DNA of 64,000 nucleotides from a virus, in IMG/VR virus record IMGVR_UViG_3300042987_003051, positions 1 through 64,000 of that record; one strand, given 5' to 3'. The position numbers were made by a program, and so were the translations under genes. This document shows, one piece after another, positions 44,602 through 54,595 of the stretch (its first letter is position 1; each line of letters begins with the position of its first letter). Under the pieces are notes generated by a model. The model was not told the DNA's origin and did not search any database. It was given only the letters and a program-made list of their open reading frames with translations.

Positions 44602-45831
44602 TTAGAATCCTATTGGATGATCTTTATAATCCCTACTATAAACTGGTTCAAGTTCTTGGAATTGTAAAGTTAACGTATAAGAAACCATTGTCCCTTCTGG
44701 ATATGTCATATAAGTTCCATTAGGAGTATAATCAACAGAACAATTTGTAAGAGCACATTCTTTAATTAAGTTTAGACCTGGATGTATTGTGTTTTTTTTA
44801 TATTGATACTGAATTTTAAAAACATTTGGTGCTTTTAAAAATAATCCTTGATCTCCTACAATGGGAGCCATATTTTCTTTAAAATATCTTATTATTTTTT
44901 TTACTACTTTTGCTTCATTTTCACTTCTTGGTGAGAGTTTGAATGTAAAATTAAATGGTCTTAATTGTGGGGATTGGAAAAGAAGTTCTAGGTTTGGATT
45001 GAGAACTTTTCCATTTAGTCTTGAAAGGAGATTATTGACTCCTACAGCTTGTCCGGCAAGATATGTTCTTACTTCAGACTGAGATACTCTCAAATCTTCT
45101 AGTGCTTGGGTGAACTTTTGAGAAACAGCTCCTGTAATATCTGTAGTACTACCAGATTCCATTATTCTTCTAGACAATCCAACTGCTTGCTTTTCAATTG
45201 GATTTAAAGTATCTTGTTCCCATCCAACGACATTTTGATCTGTAATTGAAGATTGAATTGGTAAAAGAACTGCAGGTCCAGTTGCGACTTTGGTTACGGG
45301 CAATACTTCAAAACCTTGACTTGGAACTCTACTTGGACTTGATGTATAAGTTAATGCTTGAAACATAATTCTATCCTGATCATCTTTCATGCGAATTGGG
45401 TATTTTAAATATGCATCCGATTCTCCTGTACTTTGATCTTGTGATGTCTGTGTTGGTGTTGAAGTTCCTTGTGTTCCTGGTTGATTTGGATTTGTAGTGG
45501 AACTATTCTGAGGTGCAGATCCTGTTATTTGTTGCTTTAGTCCAACATCTGCTCCTATGGACTGTACTTGAGATGCATTTCCGTTTGCAGTTTCTCGTCC
45601 AGGTGGATATGGACCATATCTCCAAGATCCTCCTTGCTGTTTTTCGTATCCAGAGACTAAAACATAATATCTTCCATTTTCATTTCCAGTATATTGCTCT
45701 CCAAATTTGTTTGCAACTCTTGTTGCTTCTGTTAGATTTGCTTCATAATAAATGCCTATGGTCTTTCCAGAAGGTGTTGATTGATACGCCCAAGTTCTTC
45801 CACCTTTACGGAAAGTTTTTAACTGAGACAT
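44602..45831 (-). CDS. gp48: Baseplate tail-tube cap gp48-like
   Basis: NPNLELLF...RPFNFTFKL.P, CALT...VDYTP, FQELEP. Confidence 0.82.
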   Translation of the reverse strand: MSQLKTFRKGGRTWAYQSTPSGKTIGIYYEANLTEATRVANKFGEQYTGNENGRYYVLVSGYEKQQGGSWRYGPYPPGRETANGNASQVQSIGADVGLKQQITGSAPQNSSTTNPNQPGTQGTSTPTQTSQDQSTGESDAYLKYPIRMKDDQDRIMFQALTYTSSPSRVPSQGFEVLPVTKVATGPAVLLPIQSSITDQNVVGWEQDTLNPIEKQAVGLSRRIMESGSTTDITGAVSQKFTQALEDLRVSQSEVRTYLAGQAVGVNNLLSRLNGKVLNPNLELLFQSPQLRPFNFTFKLSPRSENEAKVVKKIIRYFKENMAPIVGDQGLFLKAPNVFKIQYQYKKNTIHPGLNLIKECALTNCSVDYTPNGTYMTYPEGTMVSYTLTLQFQELEPVYSRDYKDHPIGF

Positions 45832-45905
45832 CAGAACTCCTCCTCAATTACAAGAGGATTAACTATCTCAATTGTTCGTAGAGTATGAGACATTGATAAG
45901 GAGTT

Positions 45906-46301
45906 TTATTTATTTAGACGGAATTTTCCATATTGTAATGAGATTAATTCATCTAACTCATTATATTTAACGACATGAAGTTTTCCTGCAACTTCTTCCC
46001 AAGTATATTGTCTTGATTTTCTCCAATGAAAGTTAATTCCACGAAATCCCCATTTTTCTATTGATGTGCAAGCAATTAATGGATGTTGGTCATATTCAAG
46101 TCCAGGAGTTTTTGCATTGTAAATGAATGTATAAAATTTTCCCACTTCAGGATATACTACTTCTTCTTTTAAAACATCTATAATGACTAACATTATATCT
46201 TCTGGATCTGTCAGTTCTTGTTTATTAACTCTTTTTAAGAGTTCTTTAATTCTTGGTGTTGTTGATTTTTTTTCTATATATTGACCGAAACCTTCTGCCA
46301 T
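45906..46301 (-). CDS. gp2-like (DNA end protector-related) protein
   Basis: GKFYTFIY.AKT...YDQHPL...GINFH. Confidence 0.6.
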   Translation of the reverse strand: MAEGFGQYIEKKSTTPRIKELLKRVNKQELTDPEDIMLVIIDVLKEEVVYPEVGKFYTFIYNAKTPGLEYDQHPLIACTSIEKWGFRGINFHWRKSRQYTWEEVAGKLHVVKYNELDELISLQYGKFRLNK

Positions 46302-46951
46302 CAGTTAATCCTTTTAACAAATTTTCCACCTTGCTTAAGAATATAATATCTAGAAAGTCCTGTGTTTTTTATTGCTTCAGACATAGATTTGTATATTTTA
46401 TTGTTATATTCAACTGGTTTAGAAGCATATGATTGATTTTTCATAAATTCACTATGATTTTTACGTTTTTCTATATCAGTTTTATTTCTTTCTACCATTT
46501 TCTTCAAGTTTTTTTCATAATAAGATATTGGTCTTGGATTATTTTTTAATTTTTCTTTCCATGTATTTGATATTTTTTGTCTTACTTCATTCGGAACTGT
46601 TCTTCCTTTTAATCTTTTTTTATTTGTAGCACCTATTTTTTCTTTAACCTCTGGTCTTTTTGTTGGGCTAGCATCGCCATACATTTTAGGAGGAGCATTA
46701 CCCCCATCAGCAATATTCATTAAAATACCAGTTCTATTACATTTTTTACCAAACACAGCAATCATATAGATTTCGTGCTTAAATGCTTCTTCTTCAGTTA
46801 GGTTTTGTTTGAGTTTGATTATTCTACTTTTATCTGTTGGAACTTTACAATTTTTACCTCTTCCATCATTCCATCTATTTCCTTTGCCCTTTCCGATATA
46901 ATATGGTTTTCCATCTTTTCTCAAGTAAGCATATGTATAATAATTATTCAT
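46301..46951 (-). CDS. GIY-YIG (Seg-like) homing endonuclease
   Basis: YYTYAY...PYYIGKG...R...E...N; basic NUMOD-like C-terminus. Confidence 0.82.
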   Translation of the reverse strand: MNNYYTYAYLRKDGKPYYIGKGKGNRWNDGRGKNCKVPTDKSRIIKLKQNLTEEEAFKHEIYMIAVFGKKCNRTGILMNIADGGNAPPKMYGDASPTKRPEVKEKIGATNKKRLKGRTVPNEVRQKISNTWKEKLKNNPRPISYYEKNLKKMVERNKTDIEKRKNHSEFMKNQSYASKPVEYNNKIYKSMSEAIKNTGLSRYYILKQGGKFVKRIN

Positions 46952-46988
46952 TCTTAAATTATTTGTTCTCTCTTATTATTTAGAATAA

Positions 46989-47426
46989 TTAAAAAAGATC
47001 CTCTTCTGTAATGACTTTAAATTCCAACATTCTATCTGCACACCACTCTTGTGCCGCTCTCCACTTTGCTTGATTCACTGCATAGGTTCTACATTCGTGT
47101 AAGTAAGATTTTGTTACTCTTGATTTTTGTTTTGGAGGAACTGTTTGTTTCTTTGGTTTCACTTCAATCACATAAGTTTTTATCTTACCCGATGACTCTT
47201 GAACTTTAATGAGATAGTCTGGAAAGTATCGATGCACTCTACCATCCACAGGAGACACATAACTTATACAAAATTCTTCAGATGCCCAAGAAATAATACT
47301 TGGGTTGTGGTCGCAGTAATAGCAAAATTTACGTTCCCAGCTGCTTCTACAAATTATATTATTTGCGTCGCCTTTATACTTTTCTGGATAAGATGGTTTG
47401 TAGATACTCTTAATACTTTCTGCCAT
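46989..47426 (-). CDS. gp4: Head completion nuclease gp4
   Basis: RSSWE, RYFPD, EVKP, VNQAKW. Confidence 0.92.
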   Translation of the reverse strand: MAESIKSIYKPSYPEKYKGDANNIICRSSWERKFCYYCDHNPSIISWASEEFCISYVSPVDGRVHRYFPDYLIKVQESSGKIKTYVIEVKPKKQTVPPKQKSRVTKSYLHECRTYAVNQAKWRAAQEWCADRMLEFKVITEEDLF

Positions 47427-47491
47427 TTCCCAGCATACATAATATATTAGTAAAAGTATTTATAGGTGACTAACTATTACACAAAAATAAA

Positions 47492-48466
47492 ATGGCAGAA
47501 ACTGGACAAACTCGCACTACAGATGCAAACGGTAATACGATAGTCACATCAAGTGAAGGTCTTTCTTATACTATTGTTAGACCAGCAACTGGAGTTCCTC
47601 TTCCATCAACTACAACAACATCAGGAAGTGGAACAAGTCCTGGCAATGGAACACCAACACAACCAACACCTGGAGATCAACCACCTCCACCTAGAATTAT
47701 TAAAAACTTTGAAATTACACAAAAGTTATTAAGACCTTCACTAACATCTCACTTTCAATGTTGGTTTAATCCCCCAAAACCAATAAGAGATAGTTCTGCA
47801 GGCCAATACTACTTAGATGGAGGTGAATTAATTTCTTTGCTCTGTTCTGAAGCATCTTTACCTGGATCTTCTGTGATTACCAATGAAGTAAATGATGATT
47901 ATACTGGAGTGACTGAAAGACTTGGGTATCGCAGACAGTATGATGATAGATCAGATTTTACTTTTTATGTTGATCATAAAAGACAGAATGGAAGTTATAA
48001 TGTGATTATGTTTTTTGAGGAATGGATAAGATATGCAATGGGAGAAACTAATTATGCTCCAGATTCTAATTATCATTACAGAGTAAATTTTCCTGATGGT
48101 GAAGGAGGACAATTTGGAACTGGATATAGAACTAATATGTTTATTACTAAATTTGAAAGAGATTTTGCCGGAAATTATCTAGAATATACTTTTGTTCAAG
48201 CATATCCAATAAGTATTACTTCAATGCCTGTTTCTTATGATTCTTCAGAGATATTAAAATGCACAGTTTCATTTACATATAATCGTTATATTGTAAATAG
48301 ACTGGATAATCGTATCACCAAAGAAGAACTTGAACGTGCATTAGATGCTGGTATTGCATCTGGAGTAGGTGCTGCGGCTGGATCGATGATGGCACAAGAA
48401 TTACTTAATAATAAATCAAGCGGTGGTCAACCCCCTCTCAACACAAGAGAGGTACCATTATGGTAA
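47492..48466 (+). CDS. Tail tube-like / baseplate-tail tube initiator (gp54/gp19 family)
   Basis: CSEASLPG, FYVD, AYP.SI...V.F.Y. Confidence 0.72.
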   Translation: MAETGQTRTTDANGNTIVTSSEGLSYTIVRPATGVPLPSTTTTSGSGTSPGNGTPTQPTPGDQPPPPRIIKNFEITQKLLRPSLTSHFQCWFNPPKPIRDSSAGQYYLDGGELISLLCSEASLPGSSVITNEVNDDYTGVTERLGYRRQYDDRSDFTFYVDHKRQNGSYNVIMFFEEWIRYAMGETNYAPDSNYHYRVNFPDGEGGQFGTGYRTNMFITKFERDFAGNYLEYTFVQAYPISITSMPVSYDSSEILKCTVSFTYNRYIVNRLDNRITKEELERALDAGIASGVGAAAGSMMAQELLNNKSSGGQPPLNTREVPLW

Positions 48467-48507
48467 ATGCTACATAAATAAGTATACTGAAGTTACCATA
48501 GGATATT

Positions 48508-49227
48508 ATGCCTTTACCTAAAATTTCTACACCAACTTATGAACTTGAGTTGCCTTCAACTGGACAAAAAATTAAATATAGACCTTTTTTAGTAAGAGAA
48601 GAAAAACTTTTATTAATTGCATTAGAATCTGAGGATACAAAACAAATTACTAATGCAATTAAAACTGTAATTAAAAATTGTATCGAAACAAAGAGTGTAA
48701 AAGTAGAAACACTTCCTACCTTCGATATTGAATACCTCTTTTTAAATATTCGGGGTAAATCTGTAGGAGAAGAAATAGAAGTTAATATTATTTGTCCTGA
48801 TGATGAAGAGACCACTGTTCAGGTGAAGATTAATGTAGATGATATTCAAGTTCAAAAGAATCCAGAGCATAGTAAACAAATTAAAGTTGATGACTTTATT
48901 ATGATGGAAATGAAATATCCATCATTAGATCAATTTATTAAGAGTAACTTTGATTTTTCCGCAGATAATACGATGGATCAGTCATTTGAATTGATTTCAT
49001 CTTGTATCGATAAGATCTATACTGATGAAGAAGTTTGGTCTACTGCGGATGTGACAAAAAAAGAATTGATGGAATTTTTAGATCAAATGAATTCTACACA
49101 ATTTAAAGAAATTGAAAAGTTTTTTGAAACTATGCCTAAACTTTCTCATACAATTAAAGTTAAAAATCCAGTTACTGAAGTTGAAAAAGAGGTTGTTCTA
49201 GAGGGGCTAACAAGTTTTTTCTCATAG
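48508..49227 (+). CDS. gp26: Baseplate hub gp26
   Basis: YRPFLVREEK, FDIEYLFLNIRGKSVGE. Confidence 0.92.
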   Translation: MPLPKISTPTYELELPSTGQKIKYRPFLVREEKLLLIALESEDTKQITNAIKTVIKNCIETKSVKVETLPTFDIEYLFLNIRGKSVGEEIEVNIICPDDEETTVQVKINVDDIQVQKNPEHSKQIKVDDFIMMEMKYPSLDQFIKSNFDFSADNTMDQSFELISSCIDKIYTDEEVWSTADVTKKELMEFLDQMNSTQFKEIEKFFETMPKLSHTIKVKNPVTEVEKEVVLEGLTSFFS

Positions 49228-49229
49228 GG

Positions 49230-49400
49230 ATGAGTTATATGGACTTGGAGAATTATTTTAAGTTAAATTTTTCTTTAATGCAGTATCATAAATATTCATT
49301 AACAGAGATTGAAAATATGATATCTTGGGAAAGAGATGTTTATGTTGGAATGTTAAAAAATCATCTGGAAGAAGAAGAATTAAAGGCACAACAACGTTAA
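49230..49400 (+). CDS. gp51: Baseplate hub assembly catalyst gp51
   Basis: Manual translation: NFSLMQYHKYSLTEIENMISWERDVY. Confidence 0.88.
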   Translation: MSYMDLENYFKLNFSLMQYHKYSLTEIENMISWERDVYVGMLKNHLEEEELKAQQR

Positions 49401-49404
49401 CAAA

Positions 49405-51684
49405 ATGAACTCAGTAACCGAAAAAATCGATGAGAGAATTTTAAGGCTACTGAGTCTTGATGATGTTTTTGACCTTGATTATGATACTTATTTAACTCTT
49501 CTTAAAGAGGCAATTGTTACTGGTGCAAATAAATTGCCTCAAGAAGAACTTGCAATGCTTTCAAATGAAAGAAGAAGAATAAGGGGGAAAAAAGGTAGAT
49601 TTAAACCCCAAAAAGAAAAAGTAGCAGTAAATAAAGTATCAACTACTAAATTTCTTAAAGCATCAAAAAAAACTTTAGCACTCCCTTTTGATAGTACAAT
49701 TCAACAACAAGATTTAACTGGAATTGGAAAACCACTTGAATCTATATCTAAAACTTTAGCAGCATTTTTAAAATTTAGTAAAAAAAATAACGAAGAGGAA
49801 AGAAAAGATAGAGAGTTTCAAAAAAGATCTAAAAGAGAAGAAAGTCTTGAGGGATTTAAGAAAGGGATCTCAGCAGTTTCAAGTGCAGCAAAAAAAATGC
49901 TTGCACCTTTTCAAAGTATCATAGATCGAATTTGGAGATTTATATCCTTTACTTTGTTAGGTAGGGCATTTACCCAATTTATGAGTTGGTTGGGTGATCC
50001 AAAAAATAAAGGAAAAATAGAAGTTCTTGGAAGATTTTTAAAGGATTGGTGGCCAACTCTTCTTGGTGCTGCAGTTTTATTTTTTACTCCTTTTGGTAAA
50101 TTTGTTAGAAGTACTTTAAAGTTAGTAGGATTTCTTGCAGGGAGATTGGTTAAAGCAATACCTCAGATTTCAAGAGCAGTTGCTGGACTTGGTAGGTTTG
50201 CTATTGGTAATCCTTTACTTACTATTGGAGCAACAACAGCAGCGGCAACTTTTGGTTCTGAAATGTGGAGGCAAGGAGAAGAAAAGAAACAACTTGAAAG
50301 TGAAGCAAAAAGACGTGGAGTAAATCAAGAAGTTGTAAAATTAGAATTAGAGGAAGCAAAGAGATCTCCTTTTGCGATATTTGGTGAAGCAATGCAAAAC
50401 ATTGGTAGCTTTGCTAAAGGTGGATCCATATTAAACTTAAATAATGGTTATGGTGGAATTGATGGTAATACTGGACAAAAAGTGTCTGGATTTGGTCCCG
50501 ATACTCAAATGATTGTTGCACAACCAGGTGAAGTTGTAATGAATAAAAAAGCAGTAAATGCTATTGGTGCAGATACTTTACTTGGATGGAATAGACAATT
50601 TGGTGGTCCCGGAGCAAATAAACCTAAGATGGGAAGATTATATAATACTGGTGGAATGGTTGGATATGAACCAAAAGAATTAATAGGAAATCCAGTTAAA
50701 CTGACAAAAGCAGGGGTTTCTAAGTTACCTTATTTCGGTGGATTTCGTAGACAAACTGGAACGCTTGATATGGGAGGTACAAGAGGTGCTGGACTTGGAG
50801 GAGGAACTGATGCTATTACTAAACAATCAAAAGAGATGTATTTTGGTGATCGACTCAAAAAATTATTTTTTGGAAAACCAAAGTATGGTTATGATCCTCA
50901 AGAGTATAATGGTGGTGGATTAATAGAGACAAAACAAAATCTAAATTTTGTGTTGCCTGGACTTGGAGGAGGTGGAGGAGGAACTGATGCTATTACTAAA
51001 CAATCAAAAGAGATGTATTTTGGTGATCGACTCAAAAAATTATTTTTTGGAAAACCAAAGTATGGTTATGATCCTCAAGAGTATAATGGTGGTGGATTGA
51101 TTGGGAGAAAAGCAACTGAATTGGTTAATATAGAAATGCCAAATACAATTCGTGATTATTATGAACAAATTCAAGATGGTTTTATTAGTCCTATGAGTTT
51201 TGAAGATACTAAAAAATTAATAGAAGAACAGAAAAAATTAAAAATTAGAAAATTAATTAGGGATTATCAAAATATGCCTCGCAGAAATGGCGGTGGACCT
51301 ATCAAAGAAAATACAGGTAAAAATATTCCAGGTGCAACCGCAGATAGACAATTAATAGCAGCACAGCCTGGAGAATATATTCTTCCTGTTGATACAGTAT
51401 CTCATCTTGGCACATCTTTAATTGATAAAATTGTATCATTAACTGATAGTAATTCAAATGCGGCAAAACTTGGACATAGGACAAAAAACATACCTAAAAT
51501 TACTCCACTTTCTAGGAGTAATAGCAGTAATGTAATGACACTTCCACCAATTACTCAATCAGCATCTGGTGGTATTAGTAATAATAACTCTGCTGGTTCT
51601 AGAGTTCCTACATTTTCTGCAGTATCTCCTAGTGGTGGATCCGAAAGATCTATTAATGCTGGTATCTATGGGATTGTAGGATAA
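49405..51684 (+). CDS. Virion structural protein (gp29/tape-measure-like) with internal duplication
   Basis: Position after gp51; AQPGE motifs; 125-nt direct repeat. Confidence 0.65.
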   Translation: MNSVTEKIDERILRLLSLDDVFDLDYDTYLTLLKEAIVTGANKLPQEELAMLSNERRRIRGKKGRFKPQKEKVAVNKVSTTKFLKASKKTLALPFDSTIQQQDLTGIGKPLESISKTLAAFLKFSKKNNEEERKDREFQKRSKREESLEGFKKGISAVSSAAKKMLAPFQSIIDRIWRFISFTLLGRAFTQFMSWLGDPKNKGKIEVLGRFLKDWWPTLLGAAVLFFTPFGKFVRSTLKLVGFLAGRLVKAIPQISRAVAGLGRFAIGNPLLTIGATTAAATFGSEMWRQGEEKKQLESEAKRRGVNQEVVKLELEEAKRSPFAIFGEAMQNIGSFAKGGSILNLNNGYGGIDGNTGQKVSGFGPDTQMIVAQPGEVVMNKKAVNAIGADTLLGWNRQFGGPGANKPKMGRLYNTGGMVGYEPKELIGNPVKLTKAGVSKLPYFGGFRRQTGTLDMGGTRGAGLGGGTDAITKQSKEMYFGDRLKKLFFGKPKYGYDPQEYNGGGLIETKQNLNFVLPGLGGGGGGTDAITKQSKEMYFGDRLKKLFFGKPKYGYDPQEYNGGGLIGRKATELVNIEMPNTIRDYYEQIQDGFISPMSFEDTKKLIEEQKKLKIRKLIRDYQNMPRRNGGGPIKENTGKNIPGATADRQLIAAQPGEYILPVDTVSHLGTSLIDKIVSLTDSNSNAAKLGHRTKNIPKITPLSRSNSSNVMTLPPITQSASGGISNNNSAGSRVPTFSAVSPSGGSERSINAGIYGIVG
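50797..51098 (+). repeat. Identical 125-nt direct repeat (50797-50921 and 50974-51098)
   Basis: Direct comparison. Confidence 0.9.
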
Positions 51685-54593
51685 TGATAGTTAATACACA
51701 GAAACTTTTACCTCCATCAAAATCATCATCATTACTTGTAAAAGTAAGTGGTTCCAAAATTATTCCATCGATTAAGAAAAAAAGTATTAATACTCAGAAA
51801 TTATTAGGGCCAAGAAAAGATGAACCTGGGCAAATAGTAAAAGTATTAACTGATATTGATGTTCGTTTAAAATTAATTTTAAAAGAGGATCAAAGTCAAC
51901 AAAATAAAAAAAGAAGAGAGAAAGAAAAAAAAGAGTTTGAAGATCAAGAAAAAAAATTAGAAGCACCAAAAGAAACTAAAAAATTTAAATTTCCATCTCT
52001 TTCGATTCCTGGATCAAGTTTTCTCGATCGTATTAAAAGATTTTTATTTTTTACTGCTCTTGGTTGGGTATTTACAAAATTTCAAGATCAACTTCCGAAA
52101 TTGCAAGGAGTTATTAAAATAATAACTCAAGTTTATGGAGTCGCTGAAAATATTTTTAAATTTTTATTAGAGTCTTTTGTAAATGTTATTGATCGTGGAT
52201 ACAAAGCTTATGATAAAGTTAGAGATCTTGCAAAGAGTATTGGTGGAGAAAAGGCACAAAAAGACTTTGATAATTTATCAAGTAAGTTAAATGAGTATAT
52301 TAATTATGCTCTAATTGGTGGAATGGCACTTACAGGTGCTATTAATGCGTTTTCTAATGAAGTTAAAGGAAGAAAAGGAAAAGATGGTGGAACTACTGCT
52401 GGAGTTGGTGGTAGACCAAGAACACCAGGAAGAACTTCTACTGGATATCGTTTAGTTCAAAGAGGTGGATCATCTAAAGGTCTTAGTGGAGGAAGGTATG
52501 GGTCGAGTCAAGTAGAAAGAATTGCAAAATTTGATCCATTAAAGAAGAATATTTTTCAGAGAGCAGGACAAGCATCGAGAATTGGTGCAAAAAAAGCAAC
52601 ACAAGCAGTCATTGGAAAACAAGCAACAAAACAATTATTAAGACTAGCAAAAGGTCCTTTATCACGATTACCACTTCTTGGTGGATTAATTGAATTTGGT
52701 CTTTCTTGGGCACTGGGAGATCCTGTAGGTAAAGCAGCATTTAGGGGAGTTGGAACTTTACTTCTTGGGGCTGTTGGTTCTTTAATACTTCCTGGATTTG
52801 GAACTTTTGTTGGTGGTTGGGCTGGTGCTGAACTTGCTGGAAAACTTTATGAAGTTTTATTTGAAAATAAAAAACCACAAGGGAAAGTTCAGAAGAAACA
52901 AGGTGGAGGACCAGTTACAAGAGGTGGAAAAACTCAGGGTGGACCATCAAGGTCTATTAAAATAACAAGAAGAAAACCTCTAAAAGTAAAACCAAAACAA
53001 TCTCAACCCGGTAAAGACGTTGGTGGTAAGAAGAAAATTAAAGAATTATACCCAGATCCATCAGCAAGATCTGATATTGAAGGAGAACAAAAAAGTGCTT
53101 GGTGGAAATTACTTCCACAACTTTCTAATAATCCAACTCCAGAAGAAATTCAACAAAGAAATGATAAAATTAAAGCACTTCCAAATTCATATAAAGCACT
53201 GACTGGAGTTGCAAAAATCTTAAAGGATATTCCTTTTGGTATTGGTGCATTAATGGGAGGTGCAGTTGATGTTGCTTTGGGGGAAAAGTTACCAAAAAAT
53301 GCTATTGATAATTTAAGTAATGGTATTTCCTATTTAATTAATGCAATTTCAAATAGACAACTAATCTCAAGTTTATCAAGCATTGAAAAAGAAATTACAA
53401 GAATGGAGACTGGTGGAGCAGTTCCACGCCTTAAAGATTTTAATACTCAGGATCAATTTGGATTGGGTAAAGATATTAGTAAAGTTCTTGATGGTATGAT
53501 TCGACAAAAAGTTGATGAAGCAATTCGTGAAGTTCAAAAACAATTGATGCCTGGTAAATATTCTGCGGTGGAGAGAGGTTCTCCTTCTGTTGATCCCGAT
53601 CGAGGTGGTGGAGGAGGTGGCGGCGGCGGTGGCACCGGTCAAGGACTTAATCAACCAAATGTTAGTGGAAAAAGTGGATATAAAGGTTCAACAAACGTAA
53701 TTGATACGGGATATAGAGATGCTAATGGTAGACCTATTAAATTAAATCCCGGAGCAGCACAAGCATTTAGAAATATGATCTCTGCAGGAATGCCATTTAG
53801 GTCAGGTGACGTTGCTAATGTTTATAGAGATGAGGCTGAATATTTGCGTTTAATTAATGCTGGATACAATCCAGCATCCAATTCTGCTCATAATTATGGA
53901 GAAGGTGCTGACATTCATGGTGCTATGGGGGAGTGGATTAAAAGAAATGGGAGAAGATATGGGTGGTATTATATTGACTATCCAGGAACTCATGGTGGGC
54001 ATTTTGAGTGGAAAGGTACGCCTACAAGACAACCAACACAAGGACAACCACCAGGAAGACCTCCTGGACAAACACCATCAGGAAGTGTTAGGCAGTCTGG
54101 TGAAGCATCTTGGTATGGTCCAGGTTTTTATGGAAATAGAACTGCAAGTGGAGATCTATTTCGTGAGGGAGATACTGAATATACTGCAGCACATCGAACT
54201 TTACCATTTGGGACAAAAGTAACAGTTACAAATAAATCAAATGGTAAAAGTATTCAAGTCAGAATTAATGATCGTGGACCATTCAAAGCTGGTAGAATTA
54301 TTGATTTAAACAAAGCAGCAAGAGATGCTTTGGGTGGTCAAGATTTAATGAATGTTGATCTAAGTTATAAAGGTGGTGGATACATTCCAAAACAATCTCC
54401 AAAAGACAGAACAAAATCTCTTACAAGTTACCCCTCATATTCATCTGAAGGTGGAATGATGATTGCTATTCAACCAATGATTATTGAAAAGACTATACCA
54501 GTTCCTTCAGGTCGAAGAAGTGGTGGTGGTGCTGTGATGTTTCCAATTGCTGGTGTAAATAATAGTAATATGCAAAGTTTAAGTAGAGGATAA
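51684..54593 (+). CDS. Tape-measure-like virion protein with M15-like peptidase and RlpA/DPBB domains
   Basis: SAHNYGEGAD...WIK.NG..YGW...HFE; ASWYGPGF...TAAHRTLPFGT...RINDRGP..GRIIDL. Confidence 0.8.
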   Translation: MIVNTQKLLPPSKSSSLLVKVSGSKIIPSIKKKSINTQKLLGPRKDEPGQIVKVLTDIDVRLKLILKEDQSQQNKKRREKEKKEFEDQEKKLEAPKETKKFKFPSLSIPGSSFLDRIKRFLFFTALGWVFTKFQDQLPKLQGVIKIITQVYGVAENIFKFLLESFVNVIDRGYKAYDKVRDLAKSIGGEKAQKDFDNLSSKLNEYINYALIGGMALTGAINAFSNEVKGRKGKDGGTTAGVGGRPRTPGRTSTGYRLVQRGGSSKGLSGGRYGSSQVERIAKFDPLKKNIFQRAGQASRIGAKKATQAVIGKQATKQLLRLAKGPLSRLPLLGGLIEFGLSWALGDPVGKAAFRGVGTLLLGAVGSLILPGFGTFVGGWAGAELAGKLYEVLFENKKPQGKVQKKQGGGPVTRGGKTQGGPSRSIKITRRKPLKVKPKQSQPGKDVGGKKKIKELYPDPSARSDIEGEQKSAWWKLLPQLSNNPTPEEIQQRNDKIKALPNSYKALTGVAKILKDIPFGIGALMGGAVDVALGEKLPKNAIDNLSNGISYLINAISNRQLISSLSSIEKEITRMETGGAVPRLKDFNTQDQFGLGKDISKVLDGMIRQKVDEAIREVQKQLMPGKYSAVERGSPSVDPDRGGGGGGGGGGTGQGLNQPNVSGKSGYKGSTNVIDTGYRDANGRPIKLNPGAAQAFRNMISAGMPFRSGDVANVYRDEAEYLRLINAGYNPASNSAHNYGEGADIHGAMGEWIKRNGRRYGWYYIDYPGTHGGHFEWKGTPTRQPTQGQPPGRPPGQTPSGSVRQSGEASWYGPGFYGNRTASGDLFREGDTEYTAAHRTLPFGTKVTVTNKSNGKSIQVRINDRGPFKAGRIIDLNKAARDALGGQDLMNVDLSYKGGGYIPKQSPKDRTKSLTSYPSYSSEGGMMIAIQPMIIEKTIPVPSGRRSGGGAVMFPIAGVNNSNMQSLSRG

Positions 54594-54595
54594 AA

